Assembly: GCA_051439505.1 (NCBI GenBank)
Contig: JBFRWI010000176.1
Location: forward strand, 1-30,674
Reading direction: 5' to 3'
From: Hormoscilla sp.
Lineage (GTDB): Bacteria; Cyanobacteriota; Cyanobacteriia; Cyanobacteriales; Desertifilaceae
DNA length: 30,674 nucleotides
The stretch's first letter is position 1. Every line of letters begins with the position of its first letter. Under the pieces are notes generated by a model. That model did no database searches and had not been told where the DNA came from. It saw only the letters and a list, made by a program, of their open reading frames with translations. This document shows positions 16,133-24,976 of this stretch, in pieces. Position numbers and translations under genes: made by a program.

Positions 16133-18193
16133 ATGTCTGACCCTGGTCCTTATCAAAGCAGATTATTAAACTTGCTGGTACCCCAATATCGCCGGTTAGT
16201 AGAGAAGGGCGATCGGGCGATCCGACAGATGAAGGTAGCAGCGTCCTGGGCGGCGCAGGTAGTGATTTACCCAGTCTACCTGCTATTGCAAACAACCAGA
16301 GTCGCCTTCCGGCAGCTGGGACAAGCAGTCAAATCACAAATACCGCAATTACAGGCTACTGTTGAGGCTGCCGATGGGTATGATGTGGATACGCCCATCG
16401 GCCAGGTGCTGCAAGCAGCGCTTCCTGAAGTTGGGGAGTTAGTATTAACCCCTGACCTTGTCCTTTCGCAGTCGCCGAAGCCAAATGGGGTGTGGTCAAA
16501 ACCAGTCGATCTTTCATGGGCCTTCCCAGTCGTGGGATCCCCCCAAACCCCCCTTAAAAAGGGGGGCTTCCGGAAGCCCCCCCTTTTGCAAGGGGGGGTT
16601 TGGGGGGGATCCGCCGCTCTGCCAGTAGATCCCAGGGGCGGGTACAAAGGACAAGTGATTCGGGGCCTGGCCACAGAGTTGACAAGCAAAAATCTCGTCT
16701 TAGTCACGGCGGACAATCAGGAACTGGATATATTCACTGTCGGGCAGCAGAAAGAACTACAGCAATTAATTATTTGGCAACTGGCTAAATATCGGCGTCA
16801 CCAGCGGCAGATGGCTAGGGGCAAAAGACCTCCAACCTGGGGTAAGTTAGCGAAGAGCAAAACTACCTTACTGCCGATTCGCCTTTTCGGGCAAATGATG
16901 GCCTGGGAACAGCAAGGCACGGTGGCACGGACGATCGACCTGTTTGGTGAATCGAGTTTAGTATATCAGCCCAGAACGGAACCCGCGCCAGCAGAACCAG
17001 AAGCGATCCAGAGCGATCGCAAGCTAGATAGCTTCATAGCCGCTTGGGAAGGTAAAATGTCCTTCCGAGGGGAAGGTTCGACCCAAATAGAGCGGCAAAC
17101 AAGGGTTGGGACAGAGTCTCCAAGCCAGACATCGGAAGTAACAGATGGTAGTGAAAGAGAAAAACAGAATATATTGGGTCTGCTGGGAGCAGCGATCGCC
17201 TACTTTTTTGGCAGTCAAGGCCAGGAACTGGGTGCTGAAAACTCAGTGGAGGTGAAGCAACTAACAGAGAGTAGTTCTGGGCAGTCCGAAAAGAAAGAAG
17301 CAAGTCCTGTATTAGCAGCAGGGGGATCCCAACGGCTAGCAGCAGAAGGGTTCTGGGGATGGCAAGCAATAAAAAATCAAGTGGGGAGACTCCGGAATGC
17401 TCGGCAGTTGTTACGCTTAAATAAACAAGAGGTAGCTGCGGAAACTGGAAAGCAGATTGAGTTGGAACGGTCCGAGGTAAAGGCACTCGGGAACTCCCAG
17501 TCGGAGGAAGTAACGGACGATATTTATGGGGAAAAATCAAATATTTTAGCTATAATTGGAGCGGCGATCGCCTACTTTTTCGGCAACAATAGAGGAGACC
17601 AGAACCTGCCAGGGTCAGCCAATGAAAAAGTGCAGCAACTGACAGGAAGTTTCGAGACTGTCCAGTCCGATCCTAGCAGGAATAGGAGATTAACAGGAAC
17701 AGAAAAGGGGCTCCCATCTATCCTGGGCAAGTCATTCTACTTGGGGCGGCCAGACCAAACAGAAGCCCAAGGTCAGACCGGCTCTTTGGAAGTTAGCGGT
17801 AGTTCGCAAAACCAAGCAGAGGACTGGGTAACCTGGAGCGATATATTTTGCACCCCAGCAGGAAGGGGGGGGAAGCTAAAACCAACCCCTGGACAAGCAG
17901 CCCCAAATATGGTAAAGGGCTACCAGAGGAAACAAGCTGTCCCACAAGCAGGCGCTGCAACAGCTTCCGAAGACCGAACCCCGGTAGCGACAACAGTAAA
18001 GGGCCCTCTACTCGACCAGCAGGCTTTCGGGGATAACATATATATACAGCTCACGCCAGACTGGATAGAAACCCCGGCCACTCCCAGCGGCTATGTAAAG
18101 CACCCCCTAGAAAATATCTTGGAATGGCTAGACCGGGGGATCCTGTGGTTGGAAGATCGGGCGATCGGGATCTGGAAATGGTTTGTCAGATAG
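16133..18193 (+). CDS. Hypothetical cyanobacterial protein upstream of psbI (low-complexity centre, internal duplication)
   Basis: 686-aa ORF; conserved-looking ends (PYQSRLLN...IYPVYLL; GYVKHPLENILEWLDR.ILWLE); repeated EKxNILxxxGAAIAYFFG. Confidence 0.8.
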   Translation: MSDPGPYQSRLLNLLVPQYRRLVEKGDRAIRQMKVAASWAAQVVIYPVYLLLQTTRVAFRQLGQAVKSQIPQLQATVEAADGYDVDTPIGQVLQAALPEVGELVLTPDLVLSQSPKPNGVWSKPVDLSWAFPVVGSPQTPLKKGGFRKPPLLQGGVWGGSAALPVDPRGGYKGQVIRGLATELTSKNLVLVTADNQELDIFTVGQQKELQQLIIWQLAKYRRHQRQMARGKRPPTWGKLAKSKTTLLPIRLFGQMMAWEQQGTVARTIDLFGESSLVYQPRTEPAPAEPEAIQSDRKLDSFIAAWEGKMSFRGEGSTQIERQTRVGTESPSQTSEVTDGSEREKQNILGLLGAAIAYFFGSQGQELGAENSVEVKQLTESSSGQSEKKEASPVLAAGGSQRLAAEGFWGWQAIKNQVGRLRNARQLLRLNKQEVAAETGKQIELERSEVKALGNSQSEEVTDDIYGEKSNILAIIGAAIAYFFGNNRGDQNLPGSANEKVQQLTGSFETVQSDPSRNRRLTGTEKGLPSILGKSFYLGRPDQTEAQGQTGSLEVSGSSQNQAEDWVTWSDIFCTPAGRGGKLKPTPGQAAPNMVKGYQRKQAVPQAGAATASEDRTPVATTVKGPLLDQQAFGDNIYIQLTPDWIETPATPSGYVKHPLENILEWLDRGILWLEDRAIGIWKWFVR
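16535..16612. repeat. 78-bp GGATCC-bounded palindrome in frame within the ORF
   Basis: Exactly 26 codons (GSPQTPLKKGGFRKPPLLQGGVWGGS); same family as 2742-2839. Confidence 0.9.
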
Positions 18194-18250
18194 TAGCAAT
18201 GGGGAAATTTTTCGGTATGATAGGGATTATGGTCTTTTGGAAACATCCCT

Positions 18251-18367
18251 ATGCTGACGCTGAAAATCGTTGTGAACATCGTTGTCCTCTTCTTCGTAAG
18301 TTTATTCGTGTTTGGATTTTTGTCCAACGATCCCTCCCGCAACCCCGGACGGCAGGATATGGAGTAG
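18251..18367 (+). CDS. psbI: Photosystem II protein PsbI, 38 aa (below the ORF-track cutoff)
   Basis: Manual translation [38 protein letters not shown]. Confidence 0.97.
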   Translation: MLTLKIVVNIVVLFFVSLFVFGFLSNDPSRNPGRQDME

Positions 18368-18614
18368 ACTAGCGGTACCCTCATTTTCACCCAGACCAGG
18401 GTAAGTATGAGCAAGGGCGGGCGACTGGTTGTCGCCCGCTCCAGCTGCCACCCGAATCGCGCTCCCGAGTCGCACGCTGATACGCCCTCCAGTGCGGCGC
18501 GCTCCGAGTTGCATGGTCGGGGGCGGCGTATGGAGTTGCTTTGTAGAACTAAGCTGTCGTGCATTTAATTGCATATGCCTACGCCTGCGATTCTTGTTCT
18601 GGCGGTACTTTCCC

Positions 18615-18647
18615 AATTTTGAATTCTGAATTTTGAATTTTGAATTG
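18615..18647. repeat. Heptamer tandem repeat (AATTTTG)n directly before a start codon
   Basis: AATTTTGAATTCTGAATTTTGAATTTTGAATTG. Confidence 0.8.
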
Positions 18648-18650
18648 CTT

Positions 18651-20690
18651 ATGCCCTACCTCCCAGTACCGCCGCCGGAACAGCCTCCGATAGTCTATAG
18701 CTTACCGCCAGAGTCCGTTAGAGAACCGGCGGTAAGAGACATGTTGCGGGCTGCGGCACCAGGAACGGCAAAACTTCTCGGACCACCGATGAGAGTCAGC
18801 TTACCAACCCGGGACGGTGCGAGACTAGAGCCGCTGGAGGTGACTCCGAACCAGGAGGCGATCGCCCCAGAACTGGAGCAATCATTAATTCAATTAACAG
18901 CAGACCAGCAAGAATACGACTCCAAACGGCAAGTATTTACAGCTTCGGGGAATGTGCAGATGAAGTTTGGAAATGCGCTGCTCAGGGCTGCTGCGCTGCA
19001 AGTGAATTTGGTAAATAGAATAGCAGTGGCAGAAGGAAACGTGTCTCTGCTCACAGGAGAGCAGCTGTTGCTAGGAGAAAGGTTTGTGTACAACTTTGTA
19101 CGGGGAACGGGGGTGATATCGGCAGCGAGAGGCTCGATTTTTTTGCCCACAACATCCGAAGACCTGTCGGGGGATTCACCGACATCTTTAGATGCCACCA
19201 CAATAGCAACGGGAACGGTAGGGGAACCCCTTGGGGCAGATGGACCTCCGGAAAATGTCATAGGCGCTGGTGGAGTGAATGTCGGCGGTGATGGCAACAT
19301 CCCGGAAACAGGATCGGGGATCAGGCGCTTGCGCTTTGAGGCCGAACAGATTGACTTCACGCCTGCGGGATGGGAAGCTACCAATATCCGCTTCACTAAT
19401 GACCCGTTTTCGCCACCAGAAGTAGAACTGAGGGCAGATAGAGCAACTCTCACGAGGATCTCGCCCTTACAAGATGAAGTGAGGACAAGCAAAGCTCGCT
19501 TGGTGTTCGATCAACGTCTGTCTGTGTCCCTATTGCGAGATAGATTGCTCATAGACCGCAGAGAAAGAGAAGCATCAATAGTAAACTTCGGTTTTGACGG
19601 TAGCGACCGGGGAGGACTGTTCGTAGAGCGCAGGTTTAAGCCGATCGCCACCGAGAAAATATCATTGAGCTTAACACCGCAGTTTTATCTGCAGAAGGCG
19701 ATCTCAGAGGGAAAATTCACCGACCTGAGCATCTACGGACTGAAAGCGGATCTAAACATGAAGCTAACGAGCAGTACCTTATTGCGCGGAAAGGCTAATT
19801 TTGTAGGTTTTAACGATGTCGGAGATACCGCCCGTGCCAGTCTGCGGGTAGCTCAGTCTATTAAGGACTATACCCTGACAGGAGAATATAGCTATCGCGA
19901 TCGGCTGTTCAACGGCTCCCTAGGATATCAAACCGTGCAAAGAAGTATCGGTGCAGTCCTGACATCGCCAGTGGTGCAGTTAGGAAAAACAGGCATCAAT
20001 TTCAACTATCAAATTGGCTATCAGGAGGTGAACGCCAAGACGGACCGCCGCAGCTTAATTGACGACCCCTTCGATCCCGAAGAGAATGTCACCTTAAATC
20101 GCTTTCAAACCAGCGCGACCCTGAACCGGGCTTTTTTTCTCTGGCAGGGGGAGGCCCTACCGGCAACGGCTGAAGCAGGATTGAAATATACGCCAACACC
20201 AGTGGTACCATACATCCAGTTGATTTCCAGAATTGTGGGTACCACCAGTACCTACAGTAATGGAGAAAATCAATCCTCCCTCAAAGGATCTATTGGACTG
20301 CAAGGACAATTCGGTCATTTCTCCCGTCCCTCGTTTGACTATACGGGCTTTACTTTGCTGTACTCTCAATTTATAAAAAATGGTGAATCGCCCTTTAAGT
20401 TCGATCGCATTGCAGATGTCAGAGTCCTCACGGCCCAACTCAATCAACAGATTTATGGGCCATTTCGGTTGGGGGTGCGAACGACGATCAATTTGGATAA
20501 TGGTGAAGGTCTGAGTACCGACTACACCTTGGAATACAGCCGCCGCACCTACTCCATGAGCTTGCGCTACAATCCAGTGCTAGGGCTTGGTGCTTTCAAC
20601 TTCCGCATCAGCGACTTTAACTGGACTGGTAGAACTGAACCTTTTTCTGACGAGGGAGTGGGTTCAGTAGATGGTGATGTAGAAAATTGA
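18651..20690 (+). CDS. LptD/OstA-like outer-membrane protein (DUF3769 family)
   Basis: OstA-like N-terminal region (LTADQQEYD...ASGNVQM...VAEGNV), RFTNDPFSPPE, beta-strand-rich C-terminus (GESPFKFDR...LEYSRRTY...FRISDFNW); position next to psbI. Confidence 0.8.
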   Translation: MPYLPVPPPEQPPIVYSLPPESVREPAVRDMLRAAAPGTAKLLGPPMRVSLPTRDGARLEPLEVTPNQEAIAPELEQSLIQLTADQQEYDSKRQVFTASGNVQMKFGNALLRAAALQVNLVNRIAVAEGNVSLLTGEQLLLGERFVYNFVRGTGVISAARGSIFLPTTSEDLSGDSPTSLDATTIATGTVGEPLGADGPPENVIGAGGVNVGGDGNIPETGSGIRRLRFEAEQIDFTPAGWEATNIRFTNDPFSPPEVELRADRATLTRISPLQDEVRTSKARLVFDQRLSVSLLRDRLLIDRREREASIVNFGFDGSDRGGLFVERRFKPIATEKISLSLTPQFYLQKAISEGKFTDLSIYGLKADLNMKLTSSTLLRGKANFVGFNDVGDTARASLRVAQSIKDYTLTGEYSYRDRLFNGSLGYQTVQRSIGAVLTSPVVQLGKTGINFNYQIGYQEVNAKTDRRSLIDDPFDPEENVTLNRFQTSATLNRAFFLWQGEALPATAEAGLKYTPTPVVPYIQLISRIVGTTSTYSNGENQSSLKGSIGLQGQFGHFSRPSFDYTGFTLLYSQFIKNGESPFKFDRIADVRVLTAQLNQQIYGPFRLGVRTTINLDNGEGLSTDYTLEYSRRTYSMSLRYNPVLGLGAFNFRISDFNWTGRTEPFSDEGVGSVDGDVEN

Positions 20691-20723
20691 GCATCTGAGT
20701 TGGGATCGGCAATGGTATAAGGC

Positions 20724-21437
20724 ATGACAAAAGTAGCTGCGGAACTATCCCAATTGGTACCAATAGAAATCAGGTGGGGCTCCCGGAGGAGTAGAACTCC
20801 ACAAGATGCCAAAATAGCATGTCAAAACCAGTGGGATATACCAACTTCAAAAGCCTTAACGGAAGCGGCTGCCCTGCTGATTCATTATAGCTTTGAGCTA
20901 TGTGGCGAAACTGTCAGTACATTAATCGATCGCCTCAGAAGTGACGTCCCGTCGGGGTGGGTGCGCTTAGCGGTGATTGAGGCATTGTATCAAGGACGCT
21001 ACAAAGCTATTTCGGTTGAGCAGATCTTGGTCTTTTGGCATCGGCGGGGTCAGCCAGTATGTCATTTTAACCTGGAATTTGAACGTATTGTTTGCAGCAG
21101 GATACCTTTAGAGATGATAGAGCCAGAAAACAAGATCGAACAGTTGGCCGAACTCCCGGCAGAAATGGCTCCAGCCGAGGCATATGTCTATCGAGATTCA
21201 TCAACGGAACTACCCTCCAAGTTACCAGACAGTCCTGGCGATCGGGCAGGGACGCTGAACCTAAAAGCATTGGCTGCCCCAAGATGCGAAACTAACAATC
21301 TCGAACCCACAAGCAACAGCCAGCCCTTATCCTCTCAGCAGGACTCTAAGTCCGAGCCGATTAGCCAATTTACTCCCGCAGATTCTGATTTTTATGTCAA
21401 GCTCAAAGCTGTGGCTTCACCCGATCGAGACCTTTGA
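20724..21437 (+). CDS. ftn6: Ftn6-like cell-division protein with a DnaD-like N-terminal domain
   Basis: LLIHYSFEL...WVRLAVIEALYQGRYKAISVEQIL.FW.RRG...FNLEFER, then a low-complexity tail ending FYVKLKAVA; family recalled from memory. Confidence 0.6.
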   Translation: MTKVAAELSQLVPIEIRWGSRRSRTPQDAKIACQNQWDIPTSKALTEAAALLIHYSFELCGETVSTLIDRLRSDVPSGWVRLAVIEALYQGRYKAISVEQILVFWHRRGQPVCHFNLEFERIVCSRIPLEMIEPENKIEQLAELPAEMAPAEAYVYRDSSTELPSKLPDSPGDRAGTLNLKALAAPRCETNNLEPTSNSQPLSSQQDSKSEPISQFTPADSDFYVKLKAVASPDRDL

Positions 21438-21547
21438 TTAAATTAGGGAAGTCAGCATATTCACTGAGATTCATCGGCAAGGATGAAAATTTCAATTATC
21501 TTTGTACATAATAAAATATCGTAAGAAGTAAAGGTGGAGAGGGATTG

Positions 21548-22918
21548 ATGGATCTCGAACAGGATCGTAAACAATGCTTAGAGAAGCTAATCTGGGCGAC
21601 CGCTCAGTTGCAGGTGGAAGTGGCGGAGGCGAAACAACTTGAGAAGATAGCCGAGCTAATTGTCCAAACAATGACTGGCCCTTGGCGCTATTTTCATACT
21701 CCCGAGCACATTTTTGAGGTGGGTGGGTCTGAAAATGCCATTGAGGTATTGGCAGCATTGTTTCATGATGTCGTCTACGTGCAAGTAGATCAGAGTGTAA
21801 ACTTCAACCTCACCTACTACATTGCGCCTTTTATCAAGCAGGTGGGGGAAAAGTTGGTGATTCTAGAGTCAGCTGAGTTGCCCAAGGATGTGATGTTCGA
21901 GATGGTGATGTCTGTCTTTGATTTTGCGCCGGGTCAGGTGCTGTCTCCAATGGCAGGTCAAAATGAATTTCTCAGTGCTCTTGTGGGTGCTAAGGTGTTG
22001 GAAAGGTTTCTCAAACCCGAGATATTAGTTCAGATCGTGACTTGTATCGAAGCAACGATTCCCTTCCGAGTAAGGTCTCCCGAAGGTTTAACTCCTAGCC
22101 AGCGCCTATACCAACGCTTACAGTCAACCAATAGTAAGTTTAACCTGAAATTGACAGATGCCCAAATGCGATCGGCGGTGAGGCAGGCAGTGCGATTATC
22201 GAACCGGGATGTCGGGAGTTTTGCTAATCCGAGTGCTGCCGAGTTTTTGGACAATACTTGGAGTTTGCTACCCGAAACCAACCACAATCTCAAGAACTCA
22301 ACCACCTACACGGTGCATCAGTACCGCATGGCCCTGCAAAAGATGGAAGGGTTTATGCATTTTCTGAAACCGGAACTGATTTTTAATCAGTTCGACGGAG
22401 AGCCAAATGGTGACAATTACCGCAGTCTGCTGGCGAAAGCTAAGAATAATATTGAAATAGCGAGGATTTACCTGGGAAGCAAACTGGCGTCGATCGCCAT
22501 TTTGGAGGCTCTGTCTCTAAGGTTTGGGCAGGATATTCCTCTTTCCACTATGGTGGCAGGAGGATTGCCCGAACAGGAGGGAGATTCATCAGATAAGTTG
22601 TCAGATATGCTGCCAACAATTGAAAAGTGCTATGAACCCAAAACGGAGATTGAACGTGAAGTATTGAAGTTGTTGGAGGTGGGACGAACCAAAAGTTCAA
22701 CTTACGATATTAAAAACTCACCATTAACGACATTTATGGTCAAGCATATGGGGTTTGACGAAATTCTCTATCAGTTGAAGCAGGCGAAGGAGTTCTTTAA
22801 GGGCAATATTTCGGCTGAAGATTTTATCTCTGGTTGCGACCCTCACGTGATCGAGGTGGTGATTAATGGAGTCCTCAAGCTGTTTGATAGTCGCAAGGCG
22901 GCATTGTGTCGCAGTTGA
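21548..22918 (+). CDS. HD-superfamily metal-dependent phosphohydrolase-like protein
   Basis: RYFHTPEH...ALFHDVVY...NE..SA motif series; GGAGAGGG upstream of ATG 21548. Confidence 0.7.
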   Translation: MDLEQDRKQCLEKLIWATAQLQVEVAEAKQLEKIAELIVQTMTGPWRYFHTPEHIFEVGGSENAIEVLAALFHDVVYVQVDQSVNFNLTYYIAPFIKQVGEKLVILESAELPKDVMFEMVMSVFDFAPGQVLSPMAGQNEFLSALVGAKVLERFLKPEILVQIVTCIEATIPFRVRSPEGLTPSQRLYQRLQSTNSKFNLKLTDAQMRSAVRQAVRLSNRDVGSFANPSAAEFLDNTWSLLPETNHNLKNSTTYTVHQYRMALQKMEGFMHFLKPELIFNQFDGEPNGDNYRSLLAKAKNNIEIARIYLGSKLASIAILEALSLRFGQDIPLSTMVAGGLPEQEGDSSDKLSDMLPTIEKCYEPKTEIEREVLKLLEVGRTKSSTYDIKNSPLTTFMVKHMGFDEILYQLKQAKEFFKGNISAEDFISGCDPHVIEVVINGVLKLFDSRKAALCRS

Positions 22919-23124
22919 CAATGGATAATAATAGGCGTTGCACAATGATGGCACGATTGGAATAGTTGTCGAAGTTTTCAGGTGAGACAACAAGCCCCTC
23001 GCTCGGAATCTGCAAAATGGTATCATCCTCTGTGCAACAGCCTTTTTTCCCGAGTGGGAAATTTTTTCCAATTAATTGACATGGAAATCCGTCAAAACGT
23101 TAACCTTTATTATCGATCGCATCC

Positions 23125-24930
23125 TTGCTATCCTTGAAAAATAAACTGCAACTGCTCAAAAACCTCAAAAGAGCCATTGGTTTAGTCTGGCAAAGCACCC
23201 CCCTTTGGACAGCCCTCTCGGTTATCCTCTTGCTAGTGCAAGGCTTGTTACCTTTGGTCTCCCTCTATTTAATGAAGCTGTTCGTCGATGCGGTTACTGC
23301 GGGCATCGGGGTTGGGATCTCTGCTTTCCCCGAGGTGCTGCTGCTGGTCATTCTTGTAGGAATCACCGGCGTAATTGGCGATTTATTTCGTTCTTTATCG
23401 GGGTATGCCAGCGCCGCTCAATCCCAAATATTGACGGATTTTGTCAATGATATTCTGCACGCTAAATCGATTGAACTAGACTTGGAATATTACGAAAATG
23501 CCAATTTTTTCAACGCCCTGCATCGCGCCCAGCAAGAAGCTAGTTATCGCCCCGGGCAGATACTTAACAGTTTGGTGCAGTTGGCTCAAAATGCTATTTC
23601 TTTAATGGCTCTGGCCGGACTGTTAATTTCTCTACATTGGTCCATTGCTGCGGTATTATTGGCGGTGGCGCTGCCTGGCTTGTTAGTGCGTTTATTTTAT
23701 ACTAGCAAGCTCTATCGCCAGCAGCGCACTTGGACTGCTAAAGAACGCCTTGCTTCCTACTTTCATGTGATGATAACTCTAGAGTCCTATGCTAAAGAAC
23801 TGCGGCTGTTCGATCTGGGTTATCTGTTTCGCCAGCGCTACCGAAACCTGCGGACCTCTGTTCGTCAGGAAAAACTCGCCCTCGCTAAAAGGCAATCGAT
23901 CGCCCAATTTACAACTCAAGCAAGCGGCACTCTTGCCGTTTTTGCCGCTTGCGGTTTTATTGCTTATCAAACTATTATCGGACAAATTACCTTAGGCAGC
24001 CTGGTGATGTATTACCAGGGATTTCAACGGGGTCAAGGCTTTTTACGAGAATTGCTTGCCAGTCTTGCCCGTTTGTATGAAAATAGTTTATTTCTCTCTC
24101 ATCTTTACGAATTTCTGGACTTAAAACCCAAAGTTACCCACCCAACTTTTCCTCAACCCGTACCCAGTCCGATCGCAAATGGCCTGACATTTGCAGGAGT
24201 CTCTTTTCACTATCCCCATAGCAGTCGTTCATTGCTGCTAGAAGATATTAATTTAACAATTCCGGCGGGAGAAACGGTGGCTTTGGTGGGAGAAAATGGA
24301 GCGGGTAAAACTACTTTAATTAAATTATTGTGTCGTCTTTACGATCCGACTAGCGGACGAATTACAATCGATGGTATAGACTTGCGGGAATTGCACCCCA
24401 CAGATTGGCGGCGAGAAATTAGCGTGGTTTTTCAAGATTATGTCCGCTATAATTTGACTGTTAGAGAAAATATTGGCTTTGGACATATCGCTAATTTAAC
24501 TGACGATGAAGAAATTCGCCAGGCGGCCCAAAAATCGGGGGCATCCAGCGCGATCGCCCGACTGCCTAAAGGCTATGATACCACCTTAGGCACCCTCTTT
24601 GATGAAGGGGAAGAATTGAGCGTCGGCGAGTGGCAAAAAGTGGCGATCGCCCGGGCATTTTTGCGTCCAGCTCAAATTTTGGTGCTCGACGAACCCAGCA
24701 GCGCCCTGGATGCCCAGGCGGAATATGAGGTATTTGAACAATTTCGCCAACTGATTCAAGGCAAAACGGCAATTCTGATTAGCCATCGCCTATCCACCGT
24801 GAAGATGGTCGATCGCATCTTTGTCTTGGAAAAGGGTAGAATTGTCGAAACTGGCTCCCACGAAGAATTGTTAAAGCTAGGGGGGACTTACGCGCGCTTG
24901 TTTGCCATTCAGGCCAAGTATTATCAATAA
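23125..24930 (+). CDS. ABC exporter (fused transmembrane domain and ATPase), no N-terminal C39 peptidase domain
   Basis: About 6 TM helices, AKELRLF, Walker A GENGAGKTT, signature LSVGEWQK, Walker B ILVLDEP, ISHRLST. Confidence 0.95.
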   Translation: MLSLKNKLQLLKNLKRAIGLVWQSTPLWTALSVILLLVQGLLPLVSLYLMKLFVDAVTAGIGVGISAFPEVLLLVILVGITGVIGDLFRSLSGYASAAQSQILTDFVNDILHAKSIELDLEYYENANFFNALHRAQQEASYRPGQILNSLVQLAQNAISLMALAGLLISLHWSIAAVLLAVALPGLLVRLFYTSKLYRQQRTWTAKERLASYFHVMITLESYAKELRLFDLGYLFRQRYRNLRTSVRQEKLALAKRQSIAQFTTQASGTLAVFAACGFIAYQTIIGQITLGSLVMYYQGFQRGQGFLRELLASLARLYENSLFLSHLYEFLDLKPKVTHPTFPQPVPSPIANGLTFAGVSFHYPHSSRSLLLEDINLTIPAGETVALVGENGAGKTTLIKLLCRLYDPTSGRITIDGIDLRELHPTDWRREISVVFQDYVRYNLTVRENIGFGHIANLTDDEEIRQAAQKSGASSAIARLPKGYDTTLGTLFDEGEELSVGEWQKVAIARAFLRPAQILVLDEPSSALDAQAEYEVFEQFRQLIQGKTAILISHRLSTVKMVDRIFVLEKGRIVETGSHEELLKLGGTYARLFAIQAKYYQ

Positions 24931-24943
24931 TTACCAGTAGCCC

Positions 24944-24976
24944 AGAAACCCGGTTTTTCCAAAAAACCGGGTTTCT
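24944..24976. terminator. Hairpin between convergent genes, probable bidirectional terminator
   Basis: AGAAACCCGGTTTTT-CCA-AAAAACCGGGTTTCT. Confidence 0.65.

Noticed and set aside
18410..18530. Group II intron domain V/VI
   Set aside because: No AGC/CGC triad hairpin with GNRA loop on either strand and no reverse transcriptase nearby.
22919..23124. Precursor ORF upstream of the ABC exporter
   Set aside because: Only 14-20-codon plus-strand frames without leader motifs; the minus-strand track ORF overlaps the HD gene and has no leader motif either.
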